Below, piece after piece: positions 19,687-30,184 of a stretch of 64,000 nucleotides of DNA. The notes beneath the pieces are model-generated. The model had not been told where the DNA came from. It searched no databases and worked only from the letters and a program-made list of their open reading frames with translations. The DNA is from an uncultured archaeon (GTDB lineage Archaea; Thermoplasmatota; Thermoplasmata; Thermoplasmatales; Thermoplasmataceae), in assembly GCA_000965745.1 (NCBI GenBank), contig CP009479.1:224001-288000 (forward strand), read 5' to 3'. Within the stretch, counting starts at the first letter, position 1. Every line of letters begins with the position of its first letter. Both the position numbers and the translations under genes were made by a program.

Positions 19687-20113
19687 CCCTTCTTGGCTTT
19701 ATAAGTAATGACTATTTAAAGATGTTTTTTGCAGGCATACCCTCCTGCCTGAGAAATGCCATTGAAATATGCCTGTTACATAGGCTACAGGCGTTGCGGA
19801 AAAGAGGGAGAGAAATATGGCACTGATGCATGAAGTTCAGCCCGCCTGTGCAGCCATTTCCTTTTAATCGCTTGCCCACGGACAATATGGTTATCCCGAA
19901 CATTGGCATCCCCTGGAATGCACGCCCTTCCTCTGGCATTCCCCGATAAGCCGGTCCAGTTCTGCCAGATAGGAATCCATTCCTGAAGCCATGAAAAACA
20001 TTAAGCGTCATGGTGGTAAAGGATTGCCTGCCCTCAATATATGCAGGAAACTGAACTTTCGGGTCGACTCTCCGGGAAGGGAGAAACCGGGCATAAAAAA
20101 TAGATTTGGTTTA

Positions 20114-20413
20114 TTACATCATGTTGAGTGCTTCTTTTGCCTCATCGCTCATCAATTCAGGGTTCCACGGAGGTTCCCAGACCAGCTCAACATCTGCTGC
20201 CTCAACTCCTTCCAGGTTCTCGACAACTCTCTGTGCCTCAGAAAGTATCCATGGAGTGACTGGACAGGTTGGAGCAGTCATGGTCATCTTGATGTAAACT
20301 CTGTCATTATCAATTTTAACTTCATAAACGAGGCCCAGGTTAACAACGTCCATACCGATCTCAGGATCGGAAACCTGTTTCATTTCCTCGAGAACTTCTT
20401 CTTCTGTAACCAT
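20114..20413 (-). CDS. Fe-S cluster assembly factor (DUF59/SufT/PaaD)
   Basis: DPEIGMDVVNLGLVY, TAPTCP, WEPPW. Confidence 0.92.
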   Translation of the reverse strand: MVTEEEVLEEMKQVSDPEIGMDVVNLGLVYEVKIDNDRVYIKMTMTAPTCPVTPWILSEAQRVVENLEGVEAADVELVWEPPWNPELMSDEAKEALNMM

Positions 20414-20538
20414 TTCTAGTCCCTCGTAAAAAAGTATTAACAAATACTTAACCGTTGTGTTAGCAAATTGAAAAACATAGGCACGTTTTTGACCGTAGGA
20501 ATTCATATACGAGTAATTGCTAGTTTAGGTGATGGCAA

Positions 20539-21192
20539 ATGTTCATGGACAGAAAGGAAGCAGGAGAAAGGCTTTCTGAGATCCTGAAGGGATTCAGGGG
20601 CAAGAAATGTGTGGTTTATGCACTCCCTAGAGGTGGACTGCCGGTAGCTTTTGAAGTTTCCAGAAACCTCTCACTCCCGCTGGATGTCCTTATTGTGAAG
20701 AAGATAGGAGCACCGTACCAGGAGGAGCTGGCCCTCGGGGCCGTCACAGAGGGAGACCCTCCCATCTTTTACTACAACAAGGATCTCATGTTCCGGATTG
20801 GTTACAGTGAGAAGGAAATTCAGCCGCTTGCCAGGAAAAAAGTAGAAGAGATAGGCCGGCTCAGGGAGTACTACCGGGAAGGTGAAGCCATGAAAATCGA
20901 CCCGGGCAGCATTGCAATAATAGTGGATGACGGAGTTGCAACTGGAGCAACTGTAAAGGCCGCTGTCAATTTCTTCAGGGAGAATGGCTACAGCAAGATC
21001 GTGGTGGCCGTGCCTGTAGCCCATGAAACAGTCCTTAGAGAGATAAAAAAGATGGCGGATGAGGTCTACTGCGTGGATGCAGTCCCGTACATGTCTGCTG
21101 TTGGAGAGTTCTACAGGGATTTCAGGGAAATATCCCATGAGCAGGCCCGCGAAATGCTGCTTGATGCACGCCGCATGATTAGCAGGGCCTGA
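20539..21192 (+). CDS. Phosphoribosyltransferase-family protein
   Basis: LPRGG, KKIGAP, IVDDGVATGAT. Confidence 0.9.
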   Translation: MFMDRKEAGERLSEILKGFRGKKCVVYALPRGGLPVAFEVSRNLSLPLDVLIVKKIGAPYQEELALGAVTEGDPPIFYYNKDLMFRIGYSEKEIQPLARKKVEEIGRLREYYREGEAMKIDPGSIAIIVDDGVATGATVKAAVNFFRENGYSKIVVAVPVAHETVLREIKKMADEVYCVDAVPYMSAVGEFYRDFREISHEQAREMLLDARRMISRA

Positions 21193-21202
21193 TCGGCCAC
21201 CT

Positions 21203-22168
21203 TCATGGGAGCAGAGGCTTCATCCTGGGGATCAGTGCGTTTCTTATTGATTCTGCAATCAGGTCAGATCTCAGTACCCTCTCATCCGACAGGAAACCTA
21301 CGAGACCTTCCCTGGCACCGATTCCCGCTGTGCCCTGGTGCTTCTCAAACGCTGAACTCAGGTCAAGCCCGCGCTTGACTTCCCTCACAAGGCTTTCTGG
21401 CACCTGGAAACCGCTGCTGAACCCTGTGGTAAGCTCGCCGTTCCTGTCGATCACAACCGCACAGTGGACGTCGTAGTAAGTGTCATTGAACCTGTTGCGG
21501 AAAAGCCCTGCCTCTATTCCCACGGAATAATCATAATCCTTCAGGCTGAAAATGGCCCTTTCGTATGCGAGTTCTATCACCTGGTCTCCCATGGGCTGGT
21601 TTTCTTCAGTGTTGAACTCACTGTTCTGTTCCACTGAAATGTTTGACATGAATGAAGAGAATACTGTTTTCACTGCCTCAACCTTCAGGCTGTTCCCTGT
21701 CGCGACGGCTATCCTGACGGGCTTTATCCTCCGGCCGTCTTCGTCTATTTCGCCTTCAATAATGCGTGTTGAGCTGATCGGAAACAGGTCCTCGGCAATG
21801 ACGTACGGGACGACCAATATCCTCATCGGCTCAAGCCCGTTCCTCTTCCTTGCCCCGTTTATCTTCTCCGCCCTGGAGTATGTCTCCCTCGATACAACAA
21901 TGCAGTCGTATTCCTTTCCGGTCATGGAGTTCCCCTCCCTTGAGGTGAGCGGGACAATTTCAAATTCTGCACCCAGGGATTCCAGGTATTCGGCTACCCT
22001 CCTTCTCCTCTCCTCGTAAGGGACTTTGCCGTACCTCTTGTTTTCCTCAAGGTATTCATCCGTAGTGAGGCCCACAACCACCCTGTTTCCGGTTTGCACC
22101 GCGGCCTTCAGAAGTTCCTTGTGCCCCGGATGCAGAAATGCAAATGTCCCTCCCAGGATGGTGATCAT
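21203..22168 (-). CDS. coaD: Phosphopantetheine adenylyltransferase fused to YjjX/DUF84 ITP/XTP NTPase
   Basis: GGTFAFLHPGH and ISSTRI in the N-half; TGNSLKVEAV, QP and VGIEAG in the C-half. Confidence 0.9.
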   Translation of the reverse strand: MITILGGTFAFLHPGHKELLKAAVQTGNRVVVGLTTDEYLEENKRYGKVPYEERRRRVAEYLESLGAEFEIVPLTSREGNSMTGKEYDCIVVSRETYSRAEKINGARKRNGLEPMRILVVPYVIAEDLFPISSTRIIEGEIDEDGRRIKPVRIAVATGNSLKVEAVKTVFSSFMSNISVEQNSEFNTEENQPMGDQVIELAYERAIFSLKDYDYSVGIEAGLFRNRFNDTYYDVHCAVVIDRNGELTTGFSSGFQVPESLVREVKRGLDLSSAFEKHQGTAGIGAREGLVGFLSDERVLRSDLIAESIRNALIPRMKPLLP

Positions 22169-22187
22169 GCTCTAGGAATCCCCTGGC

Positions 22188-23417
22188 TTATATTTTATTT
22201 TCAGCCTGGTTGCTGATCTTTGCCTCTTCTGCCTTCACCACTTCCGAAAGCCTCTTTATGCCTTCGATCAACTTTTCATTCTCCGGGAATGTGAAGTTCA
22301 GCCTCATCGACCTTGTGTGGCTGTTGTCGGCTGTGAACGCAGGGCCGCTAACATATATGACTCCTTTCCTGACCGCACTCATGAGCATCTTTGATGTGTT
22401 TATGTCTCCCTTCACGGTAGCCCATACAAACATGCCCCCTTCAGGCTTCGTCCAGGTTCCAACATCCGAAAAGTACTTCTCAAGGGAAGCCAGCATCACG
22501 TCCCTCTTATTCCTGTAGATCTCGATTGATTTCGGGACCTGCCGATCTATTATGTTCCTCTTGAGGTATTCGTAAGCTATGAACTGGGAGAGTGTGTTGG
22601 TCGAAAGGTCAAGTGCCTGCTTCAGAAGGTTGACCGTATTGGTAACCTCTTCCGAACTCACGATGTACCCCAGCCTCAGCCCTGGTGACATTATCTTTGA
22701 GAAGCTCCCCATGTAGATCACGTTCCCGTTCCTGTCGAGGCTCTTGATCGATGGTATCTTGCTGCCGGAATACCGGAGCTCGCCATAGGGGTTGTCTTCA
22801 ACGATCGGTATCTCGTGATTTTCTGAAATCTCAAGAAGATGCTTTCTCCTGTCCAGCGAGAGTGTCACACCAGTGGGATTCTGGAAATTTGGTATCACGT
22901 ATATGAACTTAGGCTTCCTTCCTTTCCCTTCAAGGTCCGTTATTCTCCGTTCGACCTCGTCTGTTACTATCCCGTTTTCATCCATCCTGATCTGGATCAT
23001 GTCCGCTGCATTGGCATTGAATGCAGAAACCGCCCCCACGTACGTCGGGGACTCTGTTATTATGGGATCGCCGGGGTCTGTGAAAATTCTTCCAATTGCA
23101 TAAAGTGCCTGCTGGGAGCCTGCTGTCACAATGATTTTGTCATCGTCGGTCTCTATGCCTTCCTTCCTGCTAACGAATTTCTTCAGCTCAGCCCTCAGGG
23201 TATCAAGGCCGGCGGTATTCCCGTATTGAAGCGCCTGGTCAGAGTTTTTCTCAATCACGTCATCGATAATCTCCCTGATTTCCTTTTTCGGAAATGTACT
23301 CGGGTCCGGCATGCCTCCGCCAAATGATACGATATCATTGCTGGTGGCGTATTTCAGGAGTTCTCGTATTTCGGAAGGCTTCATGTGTCCGACTATTTCT
23401 GATAACTTAAAATTCAT
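22188..23417 (-). CDS. PLP-dependent aminotransferase class I (LysN/ARO8-like)
   Basis: SEIRELL, FQNPTG, EDNPY, SFSKIMSPGLRLG. Confidence 0.92.
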   Translation of the reverse strand: MNFKLSEIVGHMKPSEIRELLKYATSNDIVSFGGGMPDPSTFPKKEIREIIDDVIEKNSDQALQYGNTAGLDTLRAELKKFVSRKEGIETDDDKIIVTAGSQQALYAIGRIFTDPGDPIITESPTYVGAVSAFNANAADMIQIRMDENGIVTDEVERRITDLEGKGRKPKFIYVIPNFQNPTGVTLSLDRRKHLLEISENHEIPIVEDNPYGELRYSGSKIPSIKSLDRNGNVIYMGSFSKIMSPGLRLGYIVSSEEVTNTVNLLKQALDLSTNTLSQFIAYEYLKRNIIDRQVPKSIEIYRNKRDVMLASLEKYFSDVGTWTKPEGGMFVWATVKGDINTSKMLMSAVRKGVIYVSGPAFTADNSHTRSMRLNFTFPENEKLIEGIKRLSEVVKAEEAKISNQAENKI

Positions 23418-23542
23418 ACAGCATCTCCCAATAAGTCAGGTCTACAGCATATAAAAATAATCCGCCAGTCATAGTATAGCACGCTTTTCTGATGAGCAGG
23501 GAATCCGTAAAATATAATATACAACTACAAATAACTCGGCGG

Positions 23543-24073
23543 ATGGATCAAGAAAGAGTAACCTGGAAGATTACGGTCCTTGGCCAGCCCGATGCGGGCA
23601 AATCATCACTCATATCCAGGATTGTGTATGATTCAGATTCAGGCGTTATAAAGCAGCGTGGGCTCATCAAGAAGAAGATGACCCTCGAGAAGGAAGGGCG
23701 GAAAGTCATAGCGGACCTCCTGTTCCTGGAGCTTAAGGACGAGGAAGGCGTGGAGAAGCTCCTCACCGGTTCAAACTGCGTTCTGGTGGCAGTCGACATC
23801 ACCAAGAATGAAGAGCTTGAGGTTGCCGCCGATATAGTGAGATACCTGTATAGCTTTGAGGAGAGCCCCCTGGTCATCCTCATTGGCACGAAATCCGACC
23901 TCAGGTATGAGGCAGTTGTGTGGGAAAAGGATTTTGACAGAGTCAGGCAGGACCTTGGAGTGGACTACTTCCTTGTCAGCGCGAAGACCGCAGACTCGAT
24001 CCCTGAACTTGTCGATCATATGGCAGAAAAACTCCTTGAAAGGTTCTATGCAAAGAGGAAAGCCAATGCATAG
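23543..24073 (+). CDS. Small Ras/Rab-like GTPase
   Basis: G1 GQPDAGKS, G4 TKSD, G5 SAK; no DxxG at the G3 position. Confidence 0.8.
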   Translation: MDQERVTWKITVLGQPDAGKSSLISRIVYDSDSGVIKQRGLIKKKMTLEKEGRKVIADLLFLELKDEEGVEKLLTGSNCVLVAVDITKNEELEVAADIVRYLYSFEESPLVILIGTKSDLRYEAVVWEKDFDRVRQDLGVDYFLVSAKTADSIPELVDHMAEKLLERFYAKRKANA

Positions 24074-25007
24074 GGCCATTTGCTCAAATATCCTTTTTTC
24101 AATAACCAATTCCAGGAGCCCTTCCTTTATCATGAACAGGTACAAGCTGGGCCGCCTTGTTGAAGACACCCTTTATGTCACGCCCTTTGAGTCACTGTTC
24201 CTGTTCATTAAAGGGAGGATCAGGCCTGAAAACCCTTTTTACAGCAACAGCCTCACCCTGATGAAGGAGCTCCTGCCCGGGAGCTCAGATCTGATACTCT
24301 ACACAGTCTATGAGCAGATGAAATTGAAGGGGCTGTACGTAAAGAAGGAATCCGACTCCCTGTTTTTCAGGAAAAGCCCCAGAAATGAGTACGACGGGCC
24401 CATGAAAGTGATGAGGGAGAGCAGGGATATTTCTTTTCAGGAACTGGCGAGCCTGTCCGGCTCACTTGTCGCCACAGTGGATGATGAGAACGACACGACG
24501 TTCTTCAGGGTTTATGGCGTTGAGCCGGAAGGGTCTGCAGACCTGGGGCTTCCGGGAGGCATCAGCACAGACAGGATATCTGACAGGCACGTTGCACAAT
24601 CGGAAGGGATGCCCGATTGGATAGGAAACGACTTCAGAGGTGTGAGGTTCCTCACCGAGCTTGAAGAGTGCCTTGTGAAGGAAGGAAAGGAAGGCGGCGT
24701 CGAGTGCTCGGAAAATCCCCTTTTCCGGATATACTCCGATCTCATAGGAAGGCGCCTGATCGTCAAGACGGGATTCAAGTACGGGACAAATTTCAGGGCC
24801 TACACGAAAACAATGGAAGAGCACGCGGATTACCTTATACACTTTCTTTCAGGCAGGGATGAATGGTATAAGATCAGCAGGGCGGTACGTGTTTCCCAGG
24901 GTGTTCACAAAATTATGATTTTCGCGGGATTTCTTGATGAAGAAATAAAATATGTAGCTGTTGAAAGAATAAGAGACCCGTTTTATAAGGGCCAAAAAAA
25001 CGATTGA
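24066..25007 (+). CDS. endA: tRNA splicing endonuclease
   Basis: KTGFKYGTNFRAY...HADY catalytic unit preceded by a structural unit; ATG at 24066 overlaps the GTPase end. Confidence 0.93.
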   Translation: MHRAICSNILFSITNSRSPSFIMNRYKLGRLVEDTLYVTPFESLFLFIKGRIRPENPFYSNSLTLMKELLPGSSDLILYTVYEQMKLKGLYVKKESDSLFFRKSPRNEYDGPMKVMRESRDISFQELASLSGSLVATVDDENDTTFFRVYGVEPEGSADLGLPGGISTDRISDRHVAQSEGMPDWIGNDFRGVRFLTELEECLVKEGKEGGVECSENPLFRIYSDLIGRRLIVKTGFKYGTNFRAYTKTMEEHADYLIHFLSGRDEWYKISRAVRVSQGVHKIMIFAGFLDEEIKYVAVERIRDPFYKGQKND

Positions 25008-25010
25008 AGT

Positions 25011-25613
25011 TCAGAGCTGAACTTCGAAATCATCTATTGTAAAGCTGAACTCTTCGTATGAGGATATGCGTCCCCTGTTCTTGAGTATCTCACGGGCAAG
25101 AAGCCAGTATATTACTGCCAGAGACCTTCTTCCCTTGTTGTTCGTTGGAATGACAAGATCAACGTAGTCGGTCTTGTTGTTTGCATCACAGAGTGCAATT
25201 ATCGGGACTCCCGTCTTCTTTGCCTCCTTCATGACCTGAGTATCTGCAAGCGGGTCTGTTACAACTATTGCCTTTGCCTCCCTGTAGCTGTCAAGCTGTG
25301 GGTTTGTCAGGGTTCCGGGTATGAATCTCCCGACTATTGAATTGGCTCCTACTACTTCGGAAAACTTGTTGACAGGCCTGAATGCGTACTGCCTCTGGGC
25401 GACCACGAGTATGTCGGAAGGCTCTATGCGCGAAAGTGTTCTGCCAGCTGTTACAAGCGCATCGTTTGTCTTTCGCACATCGAGTATGTAAAGACCGTCG
25501 TTTCTTATTTTGAAAATGTAATTCAGCATATCCTTTGATTTCATCTGTGTTCCAATATGAACACCGGATTTCTGATACTCTTCTTCTGTGATTAATAGCT
25601 CCTCATTGGTCAT
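25011..25613 (-). CDS. rps2: 30S ribosomal protein uS2
   Basis: GVHIGT, GRFIPGTLTNP, IPTNNKG. Confidence 0.98.
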   Translation of the reverse strand: MTNEELLITEEEYQKSGVHIGTQMKSKDMLNYIFKIRNDGLYILDVRKTNDALVTAGRTLSRIEPSDILVVAQRQYAFRPVNKFSEVVGANSIVGRFIPGTLTNPQLDSYREAKAIVVTDPLADTQVMKEAKKTGVPIIALCDANNKTDYVDLVIPTNNKGRRSLAVIYWLLAREILKNRGRISSYEEFSFTIDDFEVQL

Positions 25614-25844
25614 CAGATCACTCTTTTCTGGGATAATGTTTCCAGATATCCCGTTCTAATATATTTAATATTTTCTTTTGCTTTTTTAAATATAATTACA
25701 GGAATTATTAAAGACCGGCTTATATTGCAGGTCCCAGCAATGTTGAAATGCAATCTCCCACGGGGTGGGGAATATTCCGGGAACCACTGTGCAATGCTAA
25801 TATATGAGGATTCCTCTCTTTATAAACGCAAAGAATAAATTATC

Positions 25845-26135
25845 ATGAATGAGGAAGAGCTCAGGAGAAAGGCGGAGAAAATTGCAAAGGACAAGGTTGG
25901 GTTCCAGGTTCACCTTGGAATATACATTGCAGTCAACGTGTTCCTCATAGCCATCTGGTATTTCACAAGCCTCCCGCATGGGTCCTTCTTCCCATGGTTC
26001 ATATTCCCGCTGTTCGGTTGGGGAATAGGCATAGTTGGCCATTTCCTTGGCGCATACCGCGGAGAAGGGTACATAAGCCAGAAGGCGGAAAAGGAGTACC
26101 AGAGACTGAAGAAGCAGAAAGATATGAAATATTGA
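25845..26135 (+). CDS. 2TM-domain small membrane protein
   Basis: FQVHLGIY...N and WFIFPLFGWGIG pattern. Confidence 0.85.
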   Translation: MNEEELRRKAEKIAKDKVGFQVHLGIYIAVNVFLIAIWYFTSLPHGSFFPWFIFPLFGWGIGIVGHFLGAYRGEGYISQKAEKEYQRLKKQKDMKY

Positions 26136-26153
26136 GTGTTTTTTTTTCAGTAT

Positions 26154-27095
26154 TTATTCCCACTCAATTGTGCCGGGGGGCTTGTTGGTGACGTCGTAGA
26201 CCACCCTGTTGATCTCCCCGAATTCATTGGTGATTCGCGTTGATATTCTTTCCAGAAGGCCCCACGGCATTTTTGTAAAGGTTCCGCTCATCGCGTCAGA
26301 TGTGTCTATTGACCGTATGGCCACTGTCAGCCCATAGGAACGCTTGTCTCCATGAATTCCGGTAGTCTTGACCGGAAGGAGGACAGCGAAGAACTGCCAC
26401 GGCTTTTCTGCTTCGGATTCATAATGCTTCTGGATCTCCGTCTCCACGATATCCGTGACCCCTCTGAGAAGGTCAAGTTTTTCCCTTGTAACCTCGCCGA
26501 TAATTCTTACCGACAGCCCTGGCCCCGGGAACGGCTGAATGTTTGATGGCAGTTCAAGAAATTCTGACACTTCCCTTATCTCGTCCTTGTAGAGATCTCT
26601 CAAAGGCTCCAGGAGCTTCAGCTTCATGTTTTCCGGAAGGCCTCCCACGTTGTGGTGGCTCTTTATTGTGTCCCTTACTCCCCCTCCACTTTCGATCCAG
26701 TCAGGCGCGATTGTCCCCTGCAGCAGGTACTCTGCCCCGAATTCGTCTGCAACATCGGAAAAAACATCAATGAAAGTCCTTCCAATAATCTTCCTTTTCT
26801 CCTCCGGATCTGCCACCCCCTTGAGGTTTCCTATGAACCTGTCGGATTCGTCAAGTATCATGTAGTTGAGTCTGTATCCCCTGAAGATTTCCTCGACCCT
26901 TTCCTTCTCTCCCTTTCTCAGCAGCCCTGTGTCTATGAAAACTGTCAGGACGGAATCTCCGGCAGCCTCGTTTGAGAGGACAGCAAGCAGGGTGCTGTCC
27001 TGCCCGCCGGAGCATGCGAGGATCCCCTTTGAGGAGCCCAGTGTTCTCGAAATCGCGTCTTTTGCTTCTTTAACAAACTCGGAGGAGTCGAACAT
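26154..27095 (-). CDS. guaA: GMP synthase subunit B (ATP pyrophosphatase)
   Basis: [31 protein letters not shown]; no glutaminase domain. Confidence 0.95.
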   Translation of the reverse strand: MFDSSEFVKEAKDAISRTLGSSKGILACSGGQDSTLLAVLSNEAAGDSVLTVFIDTGLLRKGEKERVEEIFRGYRLNYMILDESDRFIGNLKGVADPEEKRKIIGRTFIDVFSDVADEFGAEYLLQGTIAPDWIESGGGVRDTIKSHHNVGGLPENMKLKLLEPLRDLYKDEIREVSEFLELPSNIQPFPGPGLSVRIIGEVTREKLDLLRGVTDIVETEIQKHYESEAEKPWQFFAVLLPVKTTGIHGDKRSYGLTVAIRSIDTSDAMSGTFTKMPWGLLERISTRITNEFGEINRVVYDVTNKPPGTIEWE

Positions 27096-27226
27096 CTGGC
27101 ACTTAATTTATCTAATGAATAATAACTTATCATTTGTCCCTGGTTTCCCGTACAATAAGGAAATCCCCTGTGTTCGCGATTATTGAAGCTCCGAGCATTT
27201 CAGCTGAAGTGGATATATTTTAATAC

Positions 27227-27249
27227 TTGTTATAGTTAAAGTATATCAA
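27227..27249. promoter_or_regulatory. Imperfect palindrome, likely GntR/YtrA operator
   Basis: TTGTTATAGTTAAAGTATATCAA (TTG.TATA...TATA.CAA) abutting the GntR start codon. Confidence 0.6.
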
Positions 27250-27633
27250 TTGATGCTGATCACAATACAACCTGATTCCCCGGAACCGCTTTACCTGCAG
27301 ATATACAGCTCTGTCATCGAAGCAATTGCCGAAGGGACCATTTCGCCGGGTTCAGCCCTTCCTTCAACGAGAGAACTGGCAAGAGATCTGGGAATAAACT
27401 ACCACACAGTAAACAAGGCATACAACCTGCTCGAAATAGAAGGTTTCGTGCGGGTCAGGAAGAAAAAGGTTGAGGTTGTTGAGGCAAGCGATGAAAATAT
27501 TGAGGAATTCATCAAAAAATGGAGGTACATGATAATGGGGCTGATAAGAGAGGCAAGGGCCATGGGAATTAAAGAGGAAAGGCTATCGGAACAGTTCAGT
27601 GAACTTCTTTCTTCAGGCGCGGAGGCTGATTGA
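27250..27633 (+). CDS. GntR-family regulator (YtrA subfamily)
   Basis: PLYLQI, LPSTRELA, TVNKAY; short C-terminus. Confidence 0.92.
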   Translation: MMLITIQPDSPEPLYLQIYSSVIEAIAEGTISPGSALPSTRELARDLGINYHTVNKAYNLLEIEGFVRVRKKKVEVVEASDENIEEFIKKWRYMIMGLIREARAMGIKEERLSEQFSELLSSGAEAD

Positions 27634-27634
27634 A

Positions 27635-28744
27635 ATGGACATCCTGCTTCTGACTTCACTGTTCATTTTTTTCCTGATCTCGGGACTGTACTGGTTCCTC
27701 CCCTACATAACCCCGAAGAGTGTGCAGTTTGGTGTAAGGATGCCCAGGTCAAGGGAGGCCGATCCTGCAATTCATGCAGTAAGGAGGCGCTTTCACATGC
27801 TGCTGCTGGCAGTGTCGGTTCCAACATTTGTGCTGCTGATCATCCTGCCGGCAGTATTGAAGCTATACTGGATCACCATGCTCTCCATGGCTGCCGATAT
27901 GGTGCTCACCTATCTGGCATATTTCAGCTCGTTCAGGAAGCTCAGGGCCCTCAAGGAATCCGGGGAATGGTACAGGGATGTCCGGGAAAGCATTGGCGCA
28001 GCCTACCCCGAAGAAGCAGGAGAGGGCAGTAAGGTTCTGACCATCCTGACAATGGTTCCTGCCATAGCGATTGTGGCCCTGACGTTCTACATTGGAATCG
28101 GTGTGTATCCAAACCTCCCCAGTGTTTTTGCCACCCATTTCGGTGCAAACGGCCAGCCAAACGGATACTCGGCCAAGAGCATAGGTACTGTATTCATGGT
28201 CCCGTTCATACAGGCCGGAATAACAGCAATGATGTTTCTGATAGGCTACGCGATCTCAAGAACAAGGCAGGAAATTGATGTTTCCAGGCCAATCACTACC
28301 GCTGACCAGCAGGAAAGGTTCAAGGTTTATGTCAGGGACAGCCTTTTTCTGTTTACGGCACTGATAGACCTGACAATGATGATGACTTCCCTGGCTGTCT
28401 GGGGGATACTTCCTCCGGATAGCGTTCTTGTCCTGACCCTGCTCCCCGTACTGGTTGGAGCCATCGTGCTTTCCGCGGTCCTGATGTCATTCGGGCAGAT
28501 GGGCTCAAGGCTTGATGTTCCGGAGTTGAAGGGGGAAAACACGGGAAAGGTCAACAGGAATGATGACAGGTACTGGAAGGGGGGCGCACTGTACTACACC
28601 CCAAAGGACCCCGCCATACTCGTCGGGAAAAGATTTGGAGTGGGCTGGACATTCAACTTCGGGCACCGTGTAACTTGGGCGGTCTTTGCTGCGATAATAC
28701 TCGTGCCAGTTCTGATCGCCCTGTTCAGCACGCATCTGATTTGA
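27635..28744 (+). CDS. DUF1648/DUF5808 membrane protein (SdpI-like)
   Basis: FGVR, YPNLPSVFATHF...G, W...LYY.P.DP...KRFGVGWTFNF. Confidence 0.85.
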   Translation: MDILLLTSLFIFFLISGLYWFLPYITPKSVQFGVRMPRSREADPAIHAVRRRFHMLLLAVSVPTFVLLIILPAVLKLYWITMLSMAADMVLTYLAYFSSFRKLRALKESGEWYRDVRESIGAAYPEEAGEGSKVLTILTMVPAIAIVALTFYIGIGVYPNLPSVFATHFGANGQPNGYSAKSIGTVFMVPFIQAGITAMMFLIGYAISRTRQEIDVSRPITTADQQERFKVYVRDSLFLFTALIDLTMMMTSLAVWGILPPDSVLVLTLLPVLVGAIVLSAVLMSFGQMGSRLDVPELKGENTGKVNRNDDRYWKGGALYYTPKDPAILVGKRFGVGWTFNFGHRVTWAVFAAIILVPVLIALFSTHLI

Positions 28745-28855
28745 AAGACTGTAACGGGCTTCATCGGGACATAAGAATAACATTAAACTTGCTCCGTGCA
28801 AAAAATTGAATGGCGGGGGCAAAGGCCTTTCAAATGAAAGCCGGAAAGGGTATGA

Positions 28856-30184
28856 TTATCGCCTGCGCAGCCTAAAATAGGCAACAGAAGCCGCAACCGA
28901 CGATCCGGTTATGATGGACATTATTGCTATGATGCCATACAAGCTTGAAAGACCGGGGCCATTCCGGTAATTATTAGCTGGCGTTTCTGTGACGTTGAAG
29001 TACAGGTTCACTACAGTGTTGCTCCCATTCACCGTAAATGTGCTGTTTTGATTTTCTAGTGTCGATTTTACAGTATAAATGCTGCCATTTATGGTTGTCT
29101 CATAATCCGAGAGACCGGTTACATTGAATGAGAAGGTTCCGTTCGGGACCGAGAACGTCTCAGCACTGGCTCCCACAATATAGGGTGAGCTCATTCCATA
29201 TGCAGTAGGGAACCCGCCGACTTTCCAATACTCTGCATTTGATCCGGTCAGGTTATGTTCGACAAATGTAACATGGTAAACCTTGTGGAATGTCTCAGTC
29301 AGGTTCAAGAGCTTCCCGTTTAGTCTGAAGTCCAGAGGAGTAGAATAATAGCCGTTGGAAACCGGGTGTATTGAGTACGTGGCATTTGGCAGGTACAGGG
29401 TGATGGGGCCAGTTGAGTTGGGATAAAATCCACTTCTGCTGAATTGGGTTCCATTGCTGTACGTGCCTGAATAGCTGTACGGGAAACCCCAATCAGTGGA
29501 ATTGCCCGGGAGCCCTTCTTCTGTGATGTTCACCTTATAAAATCTTACAGTCTTGTGCACTGGCCCGTCCGTAACAGTTATGTTGCCTGTGTCACCCATA
29601 ATGGAAACACCATTGACCGGATTTGATCCCAACTGCAGCCTGTAAGTTCCTGAAGAAACGTACATCCACTGGGTTGTCCTGAAGGGCGGACCTGATACAC
29701 CACCATTATTGTTGGAGTTGTTCACGTCGGTCAGGTATAGTTCCCAGTTGTACCCATGGGGCACACCCACCTCAGATACGCTCACGTTGTATTGCTCCAC
29801 GAAGTATATATTCACAGTGACCGGTTTGTCCACAACCGTGGCATAGATGTTCAATTCAGTCGGCATATAAGGACCGCTTGCTCCAGTAGAAAAGGAGTAA
29901 TTCCCGGGCGCTTCCTGAAATTCTATAACAGGTGTAGTGCTTCTTTGCGGTGTTTGCGAATAGTACTGCTGGCTTTGTGGCCCTATATAGGCATACCACA
30001 ACATGCCTGCAGGCAAATTGTGCTCGACAAGGTAGATGGGATATAAACCGCCTCCCTGGGAACTTGCAATATTGCCAATTCCCTGTTTCGCAGAATGATG
30101 GGGGACACTTGCCTCTGTGGCCAGGAAAGATAGCGTAATGATAATTATGATGAAGCAACCCAAAACAACGCTGACCCTTCTCAT
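28856..30184 (-). CDS. Surface protein with thermopsin-associated-type beta repeats
   Basis: Signal peptide, repeated E.GLP...W units, sequon-rich, C-terminal TM plus RLRRR. Confidence 0.75.
   Translation of the reverse strand: MRRVSVVLGCFIIIIITLSFLATEASVPHHSAKQGIGNIASSQGGGLYPIYLVEHNLPAGMLWYAYIGPQSQQYYSQTPQRSTTPVIEFQEAPGNYSFSTGASGPYMPTELNIYATVVDKPVTVNIYFVEQYNVSVSEVGVPHGYNWELYLTDVNNSNNNGGVSGPPFRTTQWMYVSSGTYRLQLGSNPVNGVSIMGDTGNITVTDGPVHKTVRFYKVNITEEGLPGNSTDWGFPYSYSGTYSNGTQFSRSGFYPNSTGPITLYLPNATYSIHPVSNGYYSTPLDFRLNGKLLNLTETFHKVYHVTFVEHNLTGSNAEYWKVGGFPTAYGMSSPYIVGASAETFSVPNGTFSFNVTGLSDYETTINGSIYTVKSTLENQNSTFTVNGSNTVVNLYFNVTETPANNYRNGPGLSSLYGIIAIMSIITGSSVAASVAYFRLRRR

Noticed and set aside
19712-20100. 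ORFs between tbp and the DUF59 gene
   Set aside because: No recognisable motif, atypical composition, overlap with the tbp promoter region.
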